A stretch of DNA of 34,265 nt from a virus (Duplodnaviria > Caudoviricetes), in IMG/VR virus record IMGVR_UViG_3300036376_000020, positions 1 through 34,265 of that record; one strand, 5' to 3'. Both the position numbers and the translations under genes were made by a program. Every line of letters starts with the position of its first letter. Within the stretch, counting starts at the first letter, position 1. The notes below the pieces were generated by a model that did not search any database, was not told the DNA's origin, and saw nothing but the letters and a program-made list of their open reading frames with translations. Shown piece after piece: positions 9,549-18,860 of this stretch.

Positions 9549-11219
9549 ATGATGAACATATCTGCTCCCGCGGCCACGGCGCTGGCGGCTCTGCCCGTTA
9601 CTCACGACGTCACGATTGTTACCACGCGGAAATTGGCGCACGCGCGCGTGATGGGTGTTCCGCCGGAAGAGTTTGGCATCGAGCGCGGCGCGCGCAGCAT
9701 TCGAGACTGCAACTATTGCTTCCATGAGGTCGTCACCAAAACCGAGGGCCAACTGATCGCGGAAGGGTTTGACGACGAGCAGATCAAGACGCTCGACGAC
9801 TATACCGGGAACACCGACATCGAGACGTTCGCGCGGGATACTACCGGCGAACACCTCAATGCGGCTTCCGACAGTGCGAACACGGCCACGCGGCTGGTCC
9901 GCATCACCGAGCACTATGTGCGGATGGACTATGAAGGCGACGGCCGGCCCTGCCTCTATCAGGTCATTACGGGCGGCGGCCAAAGCGAGATCCTTCGCAA
10001 GGATGGGCGCGAATGCATCACGCCATTCGACGCCATTCCGTTCGCGGCAACGACGCCGGTGCCGGTGACGCATCGCTTCTTCGGCCGCTCGATCGCCGAT
10101 CTGGTGATGCCGTTGCAGCGGGAAAAGACGGCGCTCAAGCGCGGCGCGCTGGATAATCTCTATTTGCACAACAACCCGCGGGTGGAAGTCGCCGAAGCCA
10201 ATGCCGGCCCCAACACGCTCGACGATCTGCTGGTATCGCGGCCCGGCGGGGTGGTTCGCACCAAGGCGCCGGGCGGGCTGAACTGGCAGGCGGTTCCCGA
10301 CATCACCGCGTCGATCTATCCGATGATGCAGTATATCGACGCCGAGCTCGAGACGCGCACGGGCCTGTCGCGGCAATCACAGGGCATCGACGCCAACGCG
10401 CTGCAGAACCAGTCGGCGACCGCGGTGGCGCAGATGTTCTCGGCCTCGCAAATGCGGATCAAGCTGATCGCGCGCATCATGGCCGAAGGCGTCCGCGATA
10501 TCTTTGCGCTTCTGCACGGCACGATCCGCAAGCACGGGCAATCGCAACAGACCGTGCGGCTGCGCAACGCGTGGGTTTCGGTCGATCCGCGCGCCTGGAA
10601 GACCCGCGAGGACATGACCATCAATGTCGGACTCGGCAGCGGTGGAAAGGCCCAGCAGTTTTCGCAGCTGATGGCGCTGGCCAACATCCAGAAGGAAATG
10701 CTCGCCGGCGGCAAGGTTCATATGGTCGGCGACCGCGAGCTTTTTAACACCGCGACCGAGCTGACACGGATCATGGGACACAAGAACCCCGGGCGTTTCT
10801 TCAACGATCCGACCGCGGTCAATCCGCTCACGGGTCAGCTCTTGCATCCGCCGCCGACGCCTCCAGCGCCGCCGCCGGATCCAAAACTGCTGGCGCTGCA
10901 GGCGAGAGCGCAAGCCGATCAGCTCGCCGCCGCCCACAGGGCGCAGGTCGAACAACAGAAACTGCAGGCCGACGCCATCCACCAGCAGGTCAAGATGCAA
11001 GCTGAGATCGAGCTGACGAAGATCAAGACCGAACTCGACGCCAGGATGAAGGTCCTCGACGCGCATCTGAAGACCGCTGCCGAGCAGCAGAAGATGCACC
11101 ACGCCCAGGCGCATCACGAGATGGAAGTAGCGGAGGCGGCACTTGGCATGGCGGAGGCGGGCGCGAGCCGAGATGCCAAGATGCAGGCCAGGAACGGGAA
11201 GGATCAATCGAATGTCTGA
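9549..11219 (+). CDS. Portal protein, C-terminal part (split gene)
   Basis: VPPEEF, ITEHYVRMDYEGDG, PFAATTPVPVTHRFFGRSIAD, LDNLYLHNNPR, INVGLGSG motifs and a C-terminal Gln/Ala coiled coil (barrel) as in P22-like portals. Confidence 0.9.
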   Translation: MMNISAPAATALAALPVTHDVTIVTTRKLAHARVMGVPPEEFGIERGARSIRDCNYCFHEVVTKTEGQLIAEGFDDEQIKTLDDYTGNTDIETFARDTTGEHLNAASDSANTATRLVRITEHYVRMDYEGDGRPCLYQVITGGGQSEILRKDGRECITPFDAIPFAATTPVPVTHRFFGRSIADLVMPLQREKTALKRGALDNLYLHNNPRVEVAEANAGPNTLDDLLVSRPGGVVRTKAPGGLNWQAVPDITASIYPMMQYIDAELETRTGLSRQSQGIDANALQNQSATAVAQMFSASQMRIKLIARIMAEGVRDIFALLHGTIRKHGQSQQTVRLRNAWVSVDPRAWKTREDMTINVGLGSGGKAQQFSQLMALANIQKEMLAGGKVHMVGDRELFNTATELTRIMGHKNPGRFFNDPTAVNPLTGQLLHPPPTPPAPPPDPKLLALQARAQADQLAAAHRAQVEQQKLQADAIHQQVKMQAEIELTKIKTELDARMKVLDAHLKTAAEQQKMHHAQAHHEMEVAEAALGMAEAGASRDAKMQARNGKDQSNV

Positions 11220-11511
11220 CGAAAGCAGGCTCGACCAGGCCGTTTCGAAAGCGGTACGTGCCCAGGAACTGCTCGATGACGAGCTTCTCACAGGCTGTTT
11301 CAGGACGCTGGAGGAAGACTACGTCTCGGCCTGGCGGTCTACGGCGATCGGAGACGTGGCCGGGCGCGAAAAACTGTTTCTCGCCATCAACATCGTCGGC
11401 AAGGTTCGCGATCATCTGAATGCCGTCGTCGCCAACGGCAAGCTGGCCCAGGCGGAATTGAAGGAGCTGGCGCAGGTCGCGGAGCGGAGGAGGCGGTTTG
11501 GGATTTTGTAA
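11212..11511 (+). CDS. Small conserved phage protein downstream of portal
   Basis: Overlaps portal stop; RAQELLDDELL...W...D...REKLF pattern typical of the post-portal gene in this phage type. Confidence 0.75.
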   Translation: MSDESRLDQAVSKAVRAQELLDDELLTGCFRTLEEDYVSAWRSTAIGDVAGREKLFLAINIVGKVRDHLNAVVANGKLAQAELKELAQVAERRRRFGIL

Positions 11512-11588
11512 TACGGAGAGGTGCACCGGACTGCGGACTAGTGTACTATCTCAGGTAGTGTTCTTCCGGTGTCCTCGATGATGAGAGT

Positions 11589-11798
11589 TTGAGAGAAAGA
11601 CATGCCCAGAGACAGGCAACCGAGCCCGTATGGTCAGAGCAACTCGAAATTGCCTGCGGGATTTACGTGCAGCCGAAGGTGTCTCCGTCGGGGAAGAATG
11701 TCGCTTTGGGGTGGATCACCAGCTACACCGGCTGTGATGGGGGCCGCAATGCTTGCCCGGCGGGGTTCGTGGTTGATCTTTCGCGGAGATCTAAATGA
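11589..11798 (+). pseudogene. C-terminal relic of an exported immunity-like gene
   Basis: KVSPSGKNVAL resembles KISPNAKYIAM at the end of 12108..13523; ATGA overlap with the following M23 fragment. Confidence 0.4.
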
Positions 11799-12076
11799 GC
11801 AGAGCAGCTAAATTCGGCCCAGGATTTACATGGAGTTCTAATTTTGGAGAACGAGATGACCCGCGGAATCCGGCAAAACGTGAATTTCATCCCGGGATCG
11901 ACGCCGTGGCGCCCGCAGGAACGCCGATTCCCGCAGCGACACCTGGTACGAGCTTTGTCGGCTCAGATGGCGAAGGTCGAGTGAAATTGAATGCGACCTT
12001 CCGTGAGGCTAACGGCGACTTCAAGACAGTGCCCGAGTCAATTCGACCGCAAGAGGCTGCATATGAGCCGGGGTAG
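11795..12076 (+). pseudogene. Truncated M23 peptidase (N-terminal fragment)
   Basis: SSNFGERDDP...FHPGIDAVAPAGTPIPAATPG, then homology stops; HxH catalytic motif absent. Confidence 0.7.
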
Positions 12077-12107
12077 ATCACAGTCGCGCAAGTGGCGGGG
12101 CGGGAAC

Positions 12108-13523
12108 ATGTTCATGTCGGTACGGTCTCATGTGCTTTTCCTCGCCGTCTTGTCTGCACTAATTCCGTCGACGACGGTTCTAGCCGCGGAAATGTCGGTT
12201 CGAGACATTCTTTACCTCAATCAATTTGAGGAGGGCGTTCGGGAGATCACTTGGTGTGACGACAACAACTTTCTCTTGGTCCAGCCGGCGATTTCCGAGT
12301 CGGCCGCGAGGAAACAGAAAGGCCTCGATTTCGCGGAGACATCCGTCAAGAAATTTTCAATGGTGACCAAGCTCGCGCGTCCATTGCTGCAGTATCACAA
12401 TGCGGTGCTCGATCATCTGTCGGCGGACTGTCTTCGCAACGGTGAATATGCGTATGTCCGAGGCAACATCATCCTGGCCGACAGTACCTACGCGAGCGGT
12501 CAGGTCCGTTTTTGGTTCGCCCAGCTGATTGACGTCACTGAAGGCGGTCGGCCCAAACAGGATCCGCCTAATTTCACTTTTATGTCCGGCAACCCGAAAT
12601 GGTTGTCGACGGCCCCAGACGGCAGTGTCTACGGTCATGGTGTCGCAGGAATAGATCTGAACAGCGTGAGGGACCCCAAGGTGCGGTCGCAGATCAAGGA
12701 TGAAAAGTCGTATCACCGGACGAGCGGGGCGATGATCTTAACATCGTATGCGACCTCACCGCGGACTTCGTTTTCTGTCTACGGTCTGAAGTCGCCAGAT
12801 TTTCAGCGTCTTGGAAGTTACCGATGCCCCGCTCCACGGCCCGGCTGTCGCGCGGGCTCCCCTGAGCAGAACGTCGTGTACTTTGCTTACACCGTATATA
12901 GCGGTACCGCGAAGGTACACGTCGACCTGTTCACAATTGCGCCGGACAAGGAACCGCTGGCTCAACGTTGGCCCATCGTTCCCAAGGCTGGAGTAAATCT
13001 GGATGCGCTCCAAATTCTGGGGGTCGTCCTGGATGAAAGACGATGCCTGGTTCTGCTGCAGCCCGAAGCGGAACTTGACGTCAACAGGATCAACGGCAGG
13101 CTTAGACTTGACGTCTATGTCGCCGAATGTGCCTTCCGCGGAGGCGCATTGGAAGTTGACGAGCCTCGGATTGTCGGACGCCGGCAGGCCTCCTTCATGA
13201 TGGTCAGTATCAGCCTTCATGGCGAATACGTGGCGATCGTCGAGGAGATGAACATGAACGAGCAACCGGAGGACCAAGCAAAGATCGAGGAGGGTTTGAA
13301 GGCTCGGATTGGTCCATGCGCTTACATTTATCACAGCGAATCGATCAAGGCCGTCAACACGATTTGCGTAGGTGCTCAGGACAATGACATCAAGAGCATC
13401 AAAATAAGCCCCAACGCCAAATATATCGCGATGGAGGGCAACAAGGATAGCACGATCGTGGGCCGCGAATATCGCAACAACGGTACCGGGCCCAAGTGGA
13501 TTAACAACGGAGATCGGCCGTGA
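12108..13523 (+). CDS. Exported, probably beta-rich/propeller-like protein; candidate immunity protein
   Basis: Signal peptide (HVLFLAVLSALIPSTTVLA|A); GTGA overlap with the downstream M23 gene. Confidence 0.7.
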   Translation: MFMSVRSHVLFLAVLSALIPSTTVLAAEMSVRDILYLNQFEEGVREITWCDDNNFLLVQPAISESAARKQKGLDFAETSVKKFSMVTKLARPLLQYHNAVLDHLSADCLRNGEYAYVRGNIILADSTYASGQVRFWFAQLIDVTEGGRPKQDPPNFTFMSGNPKWLSTAPDGSVYGHGVAGIDLNSVRDPKVRSQIKDEKSYHRTSGAMILTSYATSPRTSFSVYGLKSPDFQRLGSYRCPAPRPGCRAGSPEQNVVYFAYTVYSGTAKVHVDLFTIAPDKEPLAQRWPIVPKAGVNLDALQILGVVLDERRCLVLLQPEAELDVNRINGRLRLDVYVAECAFRGGALEVDEPRIVGRRQASFMMVSISLHGEYVAIVEEMNMNEQPEDQAKIEEGLKARIGPCAYIYHSESIKAVNTICVGAQDNDIKSIKISPNAKYIAMEGNKDSTIVGREYRNNGTGPKWINNGDRP

Positions 13524-15208
13524 ACGATATCATTGTTAGGCCGCCACTCAGGAATTTTCGGATTGGCAAAGGTAACACGTTCCATAACGTGCGAACTAGT
13601 TCATCGGGCAAGAAAAGCATTCATCAAGGTCTAGATTTTTCGCCCGAGATTCCCGGCGTGACGGGGCAACCGATTGAACCGGCCATCGATGGAAGGATTG
13701 TGTTTCAAGGCGAGTTGCCCGCATTTGGCAACAATCTGACCATCGAAACAGTCTTGGATGATGGACGATACCTTTACACTTCCTACAATCATCTGCAGGA
13801 CGTCAAGGAGGCGGATAAGAAGGAAATTGGTGCCGGCGTTTCGAATCCTCTGGGAAGGCTGGGTAATTCTGGCACAAGCTCGTTCAAGAGTCCGATACTA
13901 CCGCATTTGCATTTCGAGACGATAGTCGCGGATGGGAAGCTGGATTTCTCGAACAAATGGCCGCTTGAGAAAGGTGCTTCGGGCACCGCGAAAAATGGCG
14001 TCAAGTGGGAGCGGATCAGCCCGAAATTTGAGATTGGCGACATGATCGTGACATCTACCCCCGACCGTGTGCGCGCCACCTTGAAGTCGCCTTGGGCTAC
14101 CCCGGCGGCGGCCGTGGAGGCCGCTCCGAGCTTCGACGACCGCTATTCGGCTGCGTACCCGCGTGCGACTACGCCGACTGGCGACGCTATCGGCCGCTCG
14201 CGGGATGTTGCAACGACACACGATCGCGATGCCGGCGTTGGACGTTCGCCGTCGGAGAGTGCCTCGACTTTTTTTGGGCCAAGCATACCGTTTGCTTCTC
14301 AGCCGAGCGGTTCGATGGTTGCTCCTGGAGGCCCGTCCTCTCTCCTCGATCCGACACCGATGGACCGGGGGGAACCAGGGCCGTTCTCGACCGGCGGTCG
14401 ATTGGTGCCGCGCGCTTCGCCGTTTCGACCTCTGTACCCTACCGGGGCATTAGTCCCTGCATCGAATAGCCGTACGCGGGATCGCCAAGGTTCGCTCGAA
14501 GATCGATCCGGAAGCCGGAGTTTCTTGCCGACGGAAGATGCGGACAGACTTCGCTCGCCGGTATTGCGTGAACTGCAGAGATACAGGCGTCTGGACTCCG
14601 CTAGCGATGCTGCAGCGTCATCGACCGCGCCCAACATTGGGATCGCACGCGCTTCCAGCGGCGCTGATAGCGGAGCTGCGAGAGTCACGGGCGGTATCTT
14701 CAAATGGATCGGAAACGGCTTGACTCCTCCGACGGAAGCGTTGCCGTCAAGGCGTTTCCCGCTGGGCGATACCGCACCGAACTTCCTGGACGAAAGCAAC
14801 GGGCCGGTTTCGAAGGCCAGCGCAGCGCCGCCTCCGTCAGCCGAGGACAATCGCCGATATCTCAGCAGACGCGTCGTCGACCAAGGATCGGCATTCGACA
14901 CTGGCGCAGCGGCGGTGCCGTTTATTCGATCGAATGCAGGACTTGTAGCGGATTATCCGAATCCGTTTGAGGACGGATCGAACTCTACGGCGAATGCCAG
15001 TCACGCGCAGCTGCAACGGATCTCGACGTCGCCCGGTTTCTTTGCCGGACAGCCGTTGCCGAGCCAAGCCGTTGCGCTGCCGATCTTTGATCTTCTGAAT
15101 CGCTCCACAGGCCGCGAAAACTCTGCCGATGAACGTGAGCCGCTGGGGACGGGGATTCCAATGCTTGATGAATACATCCGATATCTGAATCGGCAGTATC
15201 CGTCTTGA
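13520..15208 (+). CDS. M23 family metallopeptidase with very long low-complexity tail, no signal peptide
   Basis: HQGLD, SYNHL, GRLGNSG, PHLHFE; tail has FDDRY, PFSTGGRLVP, RRYLSRR, FDTGAAAVPF, GQPLP, MLDEYIRYLN. Confidence 0.85.
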   Translation: MNDIIVRPPLRNFRIGKGNTFHNVRTSSSGKKSIHQGLDFSPEIPGVTGQPIEPAIDGRIVFQGELPAFGNNLTIETVLDDGRYLYTSYNHLQDVKEADKKEIGAGVSNPLGRLGNSGTSSFKSPILPHLHFETIVADGKLDFSNKWPLEKGASGTAKNGVKWERISPKFEIGDMIVTSTPDRVRATLKSPWATPAAAVEAAPSFDDRYSAAYPRATTPTGDAIGRSRDVATTHDRDAGVGRSPSESASTFFGPSIPFASQPSGSMVAPGGPSSLLDPTPMDRGEPGPFSTGGRLVPRASPFRPLYPTGALVPASNSRTRDRQGSLEDRSGSRSFLPTEDADRLRSPVLRELQRYRRLDSASDAAASSTAPNIGIARASSGADSGAARVTGGIFKWIGNGLTPPTEALPSRRFPLGDTAPNFLDESNGPVSKASAAPPPSAEDNRRYLSRRVVDQGSAFDTGAAAVPFIRSNAGLVADYPNPFEDGSNSTANASHAQLQRISTSPGFFAGQPLPSQAVALPIFDLLNRSTGRENSADEREPLGTGIPMLDEYIRYLNRQYPS

Positions 15209-15285
15209 CCTCATCCTGGTCAGAGATTGGTTGTCTCTGAAATCGACGGGCAGAGCTCTTGCTTAGCTTCTGCGCAATGTCGAAC

Positions 15286-15314
15286 TTGACATGTCGGGCA
15301 AATCACCGGCATAT
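15286..15314 (+). promoter_or_regulatory. Putative sigma70-type promoter upstream of the capsid operon
   Basis: TTGACA-N17-GCATAT; overlaps a GGGCAAATCA motif. Confidence 0.35.
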
Positions 15315-15336
15315 GTACATCATTGCAAGAATATTG

Positions 15337-15370
15337 AGCCCGCGGACGGAAGACTGTCTGCGGGCTTTTT
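15337..15370 (+). terminator. Intrinsic terminator-like hairpin
   Basis: AGCCCGCGGACGG-AAGA-CTGTCTGCGGGCT stem followed by a T run. Confidence 0.65.
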
Positions 15371-15672
15371 GATTCGGATGTCGGCGGATATTGTTGCTGC
15401 ATCCGCAAATTCTCATCGCAGCCGCCTCGAGAGTGTGGGCGCGGTGCGCCGAACTCACCGATCAATACGCCGACCCTGCGCAATGCGCTGGCGCCCGGCC
15501 AAAACGTCTCGCAAGCCGAACCGGAAGCCAGGCTTCCGCGCCATCGCGCGGTCCGAGATCTGATCCACCAGAAAGAAAATCAAGACCGGATGTCGTCCTT
15601 GCCTGGCGTATCGCACTGACGTGCGACGCGCCGCATGGCATGTGCTGCACCGAGTATCACAAGGACCAGCAG

Positions 15673-16638
15673 ATGGCTCTTCCCACCAATACCTTCACCA
15701 CCTATTCCGCGGTCGGTAACCGCGAAGACCTCAGCGACATGATCTATCGCATCGACCCCACCGATACTCCGTTCATGAGCGGCGCCGAGAAGGAAAAGGC
15801 GACCGCGGTGAACCACGAGTGGCAGACGCAGGCGCTGGCGCAGCCCTCGACCACGAACGCCCAGCTGGAAGGCGACGATCCCAGCGCCGCCCAGCTGACG
15901 CCGACGGTCCGGCTCGGCAACCTCTGCCAGATCTCCTACAAGATGGCGCAGGTGTCGGGCACCCAGCAGGCCGTCGATCACGCCGGCCGCGACAACGAGC
16001 TGGCCTATCAGGAAATGCTCAAAGGTCTCGAGCTCAAGCGCGACATCGAAAGCATCCTCCTGACCAACCAGGCCAAGGTGGCCGGTAACGCCAGCACGCC
16101 GCGCAAGACGGCGTCGATCCTGTCCTGGATCGCGTCCAATACGTCGAAGGGTACGGCCGGCTCTCCCGCCGATCCGGCCAATCCCAGCGACGGCACCGGC
16201 GTGCGTGTCGACGCCGGCGCGCAGATCGCGTTTACCGAAGCGCGGCTGAAGTCCGTGTTGTCGTCGATCTGGACCAACGGCGGAAAGCCGGGGGTTATCT
16301 TCACCGGCGCCTTCAACAAGCAGGTGTTTTCGACCTTCACCGGCCGATCCTCCGCGATCGAGGAGGCGAAGTCGAAGAAGATCGTGGCCTCGGTCGATGC
16401 GTATGAATCCGATTTCGGCAAGCTCAAGGTGGTTGCCAACCGCTTCCAGCGCCCGCGCGACGTTCTCGTTCTGGAAATGGAAAAATGGGCGGTGGCGTAT
16501 CTCAATGGGCGGAACATGACCTCGATCCCGCTTGCCAAGACTGGCGACTCCGATCGCCGTCAGATCCTGGCGGAATACGCCCTCGTTGCGCGCAATGAGA
16601 AGGCTTCGGGCGGCGTGTTCGACAACACCACGACCTGA
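15673..16638 (+). CDS. Major capsid protein (DUF5309/SU10-like)
   Basis: GNREDLSDMIYRIDPTDTPF, HEWQT, RLGNLCQI, ELKRDIE, YESDFG, LAKTGDS motifs; AAGGA RBS before ATG 15673. Confidence 0.9.
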   Translation: MALPTNTFTTYSAVGNREDLSDMIYRIDPTDTPFMSGAEKEKATAVNHEWQTQALAQPSTTNAQLEGDDPSAAQLTPTVRLGNLCQISYKMAQVSGTQQAVDHAGRDNELAYQEMLKGLELKRDIESILLTNQAKVAGNASTPRKTASILSWIASNTSKGTAGSPADPANPSDGTGVRVDAGAQIAFTEARLKSVLSSIWTNGGKPGVIFTGAFNKQVFSTFTGRSSAIEEAKSKKIVASVDAYESDFGKLKVVANRFQRPRDVLVLEMEKWAVAYLNGRNMTSIPLAKTGDSDRRQILAEYALVARNEKASGGVFDNTTT

Positions 16639-16680
16639 CACGTCGGCTGTCCATTCGTCAGAACGCTTGAACCCGGGAAT

Positions 16681-16724
16681 CGCCGGTTCGGGCCGGCCCG
16701 TGCACGGGCCGGTCCGAAACGGCG
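16681..16724. repeat. 44-bp imperfect palindrome after the capsid gene
   Basis: CGCCGGTTCGGGCCGGCCCGTG / CACGGGCCGGTCCGAAACGGCG with 2 mismatches. Confidence 0.8.
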
Positions 16725-16757
16725 TGTACATCCCATATCCCCTTGGAGACTCGTGAC

Positions 16758-17120
16758 ATGCCGCTTCCAGGCAATCGTACATTCAACACCACCGACCTGA
16801 CGGCCTACACGCCGTCGTGCGGCACGTCGCCCGTTGCCGCCTACATTCGCGTGCCGTTTCGTTGCCGGTTGCTCAAGGCGGCCGGTATTCTCGGCGCCGC
16901 CATTACGACCGCGGACGGCACCGTCACGGTCGCGGCAAATGCGACCACGCTTACCACATTCACCGTGACGCAAGCCGGCTCCGCTGCCGGTCAGTTGTTT
17001 TCGGTAACGCCGCCGTCGCCCATCTATCTCAATGAGGACGACGTCATTGTGCTGACGCCATCCGGCGCATCGGGTACATCGGTGCCGATGCACCTCTCGA
17101 TTTCCGTGAGGGCCGCCTGA
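16758..17120 (+). CDS. Virion protein, putative capsid decoration
   Basis: Small Thr/Ala-rich beta protein right after the capsid gene; GGAG RBS. Confidence 0.6.
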   Translation: MPLPGNRTFNTTDLTAYTPSCGTSPVAAYIRVPFRCRLLKAAGILGAAITTADGTVTVAANATTLTTFTVTQAGSAAGQLFSVTPPSPIYLNEDDVIVLTPSGASGTSVPMHLSISVRAA

Positions 17121-17431
17121 TGTCGTTCTTTCCAAAACATCATGCCTCGCGCGTCGGCGCGAGCCAGACCATCGCCTACGATGCCAGCGTCGGGATAGCC
17201 AACGCCTTCAGCGCGGGAACTTACCAGGTCCGCCTGGCTGCGAATTCTGCCTGCCATTACCGGATCGGCGACGGCGTACAGACCGCAACGACCGCCGACA
17301 CCTTTTTGCCGGCGAACATCATCGAATATGTCATCGTCAGTCCGGGACAGCGGATATCTGCAATCAAGGCCGCCACCAACGGGCAGGTGACCGCGACCGC
17401 GGGCACACTCTGGGTCACGGAGATGTCCTGA
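17120..17431 (+). CDS. Small virion structural protein
   Basis: Translationally coupled; beta-rich. Confidence 0.65.
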   Translation: MSFFPKHHASRVGASQTIAYDASVGIANAFSAGTYQVRLAANSACHYRIGDGVQTATTADTFLPANIIEYVIVSPGQRISAIKAATNGQVTATAGTLWVTEMS

Positions 17432-17763
17432 TGGACGGCATGATGGTGCGGCCACATTTCGATAGCAACGGCAAGGACCTTGCAATCGAGCACATCCAGG
17501 ATGTCGAGCCGGTCCTGCGCTGGAACAACCGGGCCCGGCAAGACGAGCAGCGCAGCGATTGGGCGCGTCACGTCGCGCGCATCCCCAATGTCATCTATGT
17601 GAAATGGCTCGATGAGGAACACGCGAAGGGCAACACCGGCGTGCGGATGTTCACGCCGGAGTTCGACCTGATCGTGCAGCGGAAACTCGAAGATCCGGAG
17701 TGGGCCTATCTGCGCACCGACAGGCCGAAACTGCAGGCCGGCTGGTCAGCGAGGCTGCCATGA
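17431..17763 (+). CDS. Conserved phage protein
   Basis: QDVEPVL...HVARIP...W...LEDPEWAYLRT pattern seen in podovirus head-tail regions; coupled to neighbours. Confidence 0.7.
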   Translation: MDGMMVRPHFDSNGKDLAIEHIQDVEPVLRWNNRARQDEQRSDWARHVARIPNVIYVKWLDEEHAKGNTGVRMFTPEFDLIVQRKLEDPEWAYLRTDRPKLQAGWSARLP

Positions 17764-18413
17764 CGCAGATCGTGGATTATGCATCGCTGCAATCGGCGGT
17801 GATTGAATATCTGGCGCGAGACCAGGATGCCACGCTGATTTCGAGGATTCCAACTTTTATTCAGCTGGCGGAAGCGAAATTCAACCGGCAACTTTTCGTT
17901 CGACAGATGGAGCAACGCGCCACCGCGATTGTCAATCTCGGCTCCAGCGAACCGGAATTCATCTCGTTGCCGGCGGACTTTCAGTCGATGCGGCGGGTGC
18001 GGCTATCGAGCGTGGCGGGGAAGCCCTGTCTCTCCTTCAAGTCAGGCACTCAGCTCGACGAGTACCGGTTCGGGATCCGCGATGTCGCAGGACAGCCGCG
18101 ATATTTCACGGTGTTCGGAGACGAGATCGAACTGGCGCCGACGCCGGACACCGCTCATACGGTCGAGATGGTGTACCGCCGGAAACTACCCCCGCTCGCG
18201 GTCAATGATCCGAACTGGTTGCTGACGCTCGCGCCGGATCTCTATCTCTACGGCGCATTGCTGGAGTCCGCGCCGTATATCAAGGAGGACAGCCGGATCC
18301 AGACCTGGGGGCTCGGCTTCTCGAGTGCGCTGAACGACCTCAACAATCTCGGACTGACGTCGACCTTCAACGCCGGCCCGATGGCGGTTCATCTCTCCGG
18401 CCAGGTTGTCTAG
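17760..18413 (+). CDS. Head-to-tail adaptor (P22 gp4/T7 gp11-like position)
   Basis: YASLQSAVIEYLAR, IPTFIQLAEAKFNRQL, LAPTPD, NWLLTLAPDLYLYGAL. Confidence 0.75.
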   Translation: MTQIVDYASLQSAVIEYLARDQDATLISRIPTFIQLAEAKFNRQLFVRQMEQRATAIVNLGSSEPEFISLPADFQSMRRVRLSSVAGKPCLSFKSGTQLDEYRFGIRDVAGQPRYFTVFGDEIELAPTPDTAHTVEMVYRRKLPPLAVNDPNWLLTLAPDLYLYGALLESAPYIKEDSRIQTWGLGFSSALNDLNNLGLTSTFNAGPMAVHLSGQVV

Positions 18414-18427
18414 GGAGTTCATCAAAA

Positions 18428-18859
18428 ATGGCTGCGTTCAACAAGTTCAATTGCTTCGTGCTCGACGTCGCGAATGCCTTGCACGACATGAAAACCGGTA
18501 CGTCGCATGTCTACCGGGTGTACCTGACCAACACGACGCCGGTCGCAACGAACACGGTCTACAACACGCCGGCTGACCTCGCGACCGCGAACGGCTACAC
18601 CGCGGGCGGCGTGAGCGTGGGCACCATCACCGGAGCCCAGACCGCCGGCACGTTCAAATTTACCGGTGGAAGCGACCCGGCGTGGACGGCGTCCGGCGCA
18701 TCGATCGGACCGTTTCAGTACGCCGTGCTGTACAATTTCACGTCGCCGACAAAACCGCTGATCGGATGGTGGGACTACGGCACCGCGATCACGCTGACCA
18801 ACGGCAACACGTTCACGGTCGACATCGACCAGACGAACGGCATCTTGACGATTACCTGA
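18428..18859 (+). CDS. Virion tail-associated structural protein
   Basis: GYTAGG, WTASGASIGPFQYAVLYN, LIGWWDYG motifs common in phage tail proteins; GGAG RBS. Confidence 0.7.
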   Translation: MAAFNKFNCFVLDVANALHDMKTGTSHVYRVYLTNTTPVATNTVYNTPADLATANGYTAGGVSVGTITGAQTAGTFKFTGGSDPAWTASGASIGPFQYAVLYNFTSPTKPLIGWWDYGTAITLTNGNTFTVDIDQTNGILTIT

Positions 18860-18860
18860 C

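Noticed and set aside
4810-9554. CATGATG occurs at both ends of the portal insertion (4810..4816 and 9548..9554), suggesting excision or a target duplication
   Set aside because: Only 7 bp, and recombination between the copies would join the portal halves out of frame; no recombinase in the insert
15391-15672. 94-aa N-terminal extension of the capsid protein as a fused scaffold
   Set aside because: Extension is not protein-like; a good RBS precedes ATG 15673 where capsid homology starts
902-16782. Long antisense ORFs (902..1846, 9264..10376, 10377..11291, 15580..16782)
   Set aside because: Shadow frames of high-GC3 genes on the opposite strand; no recognisable motifs
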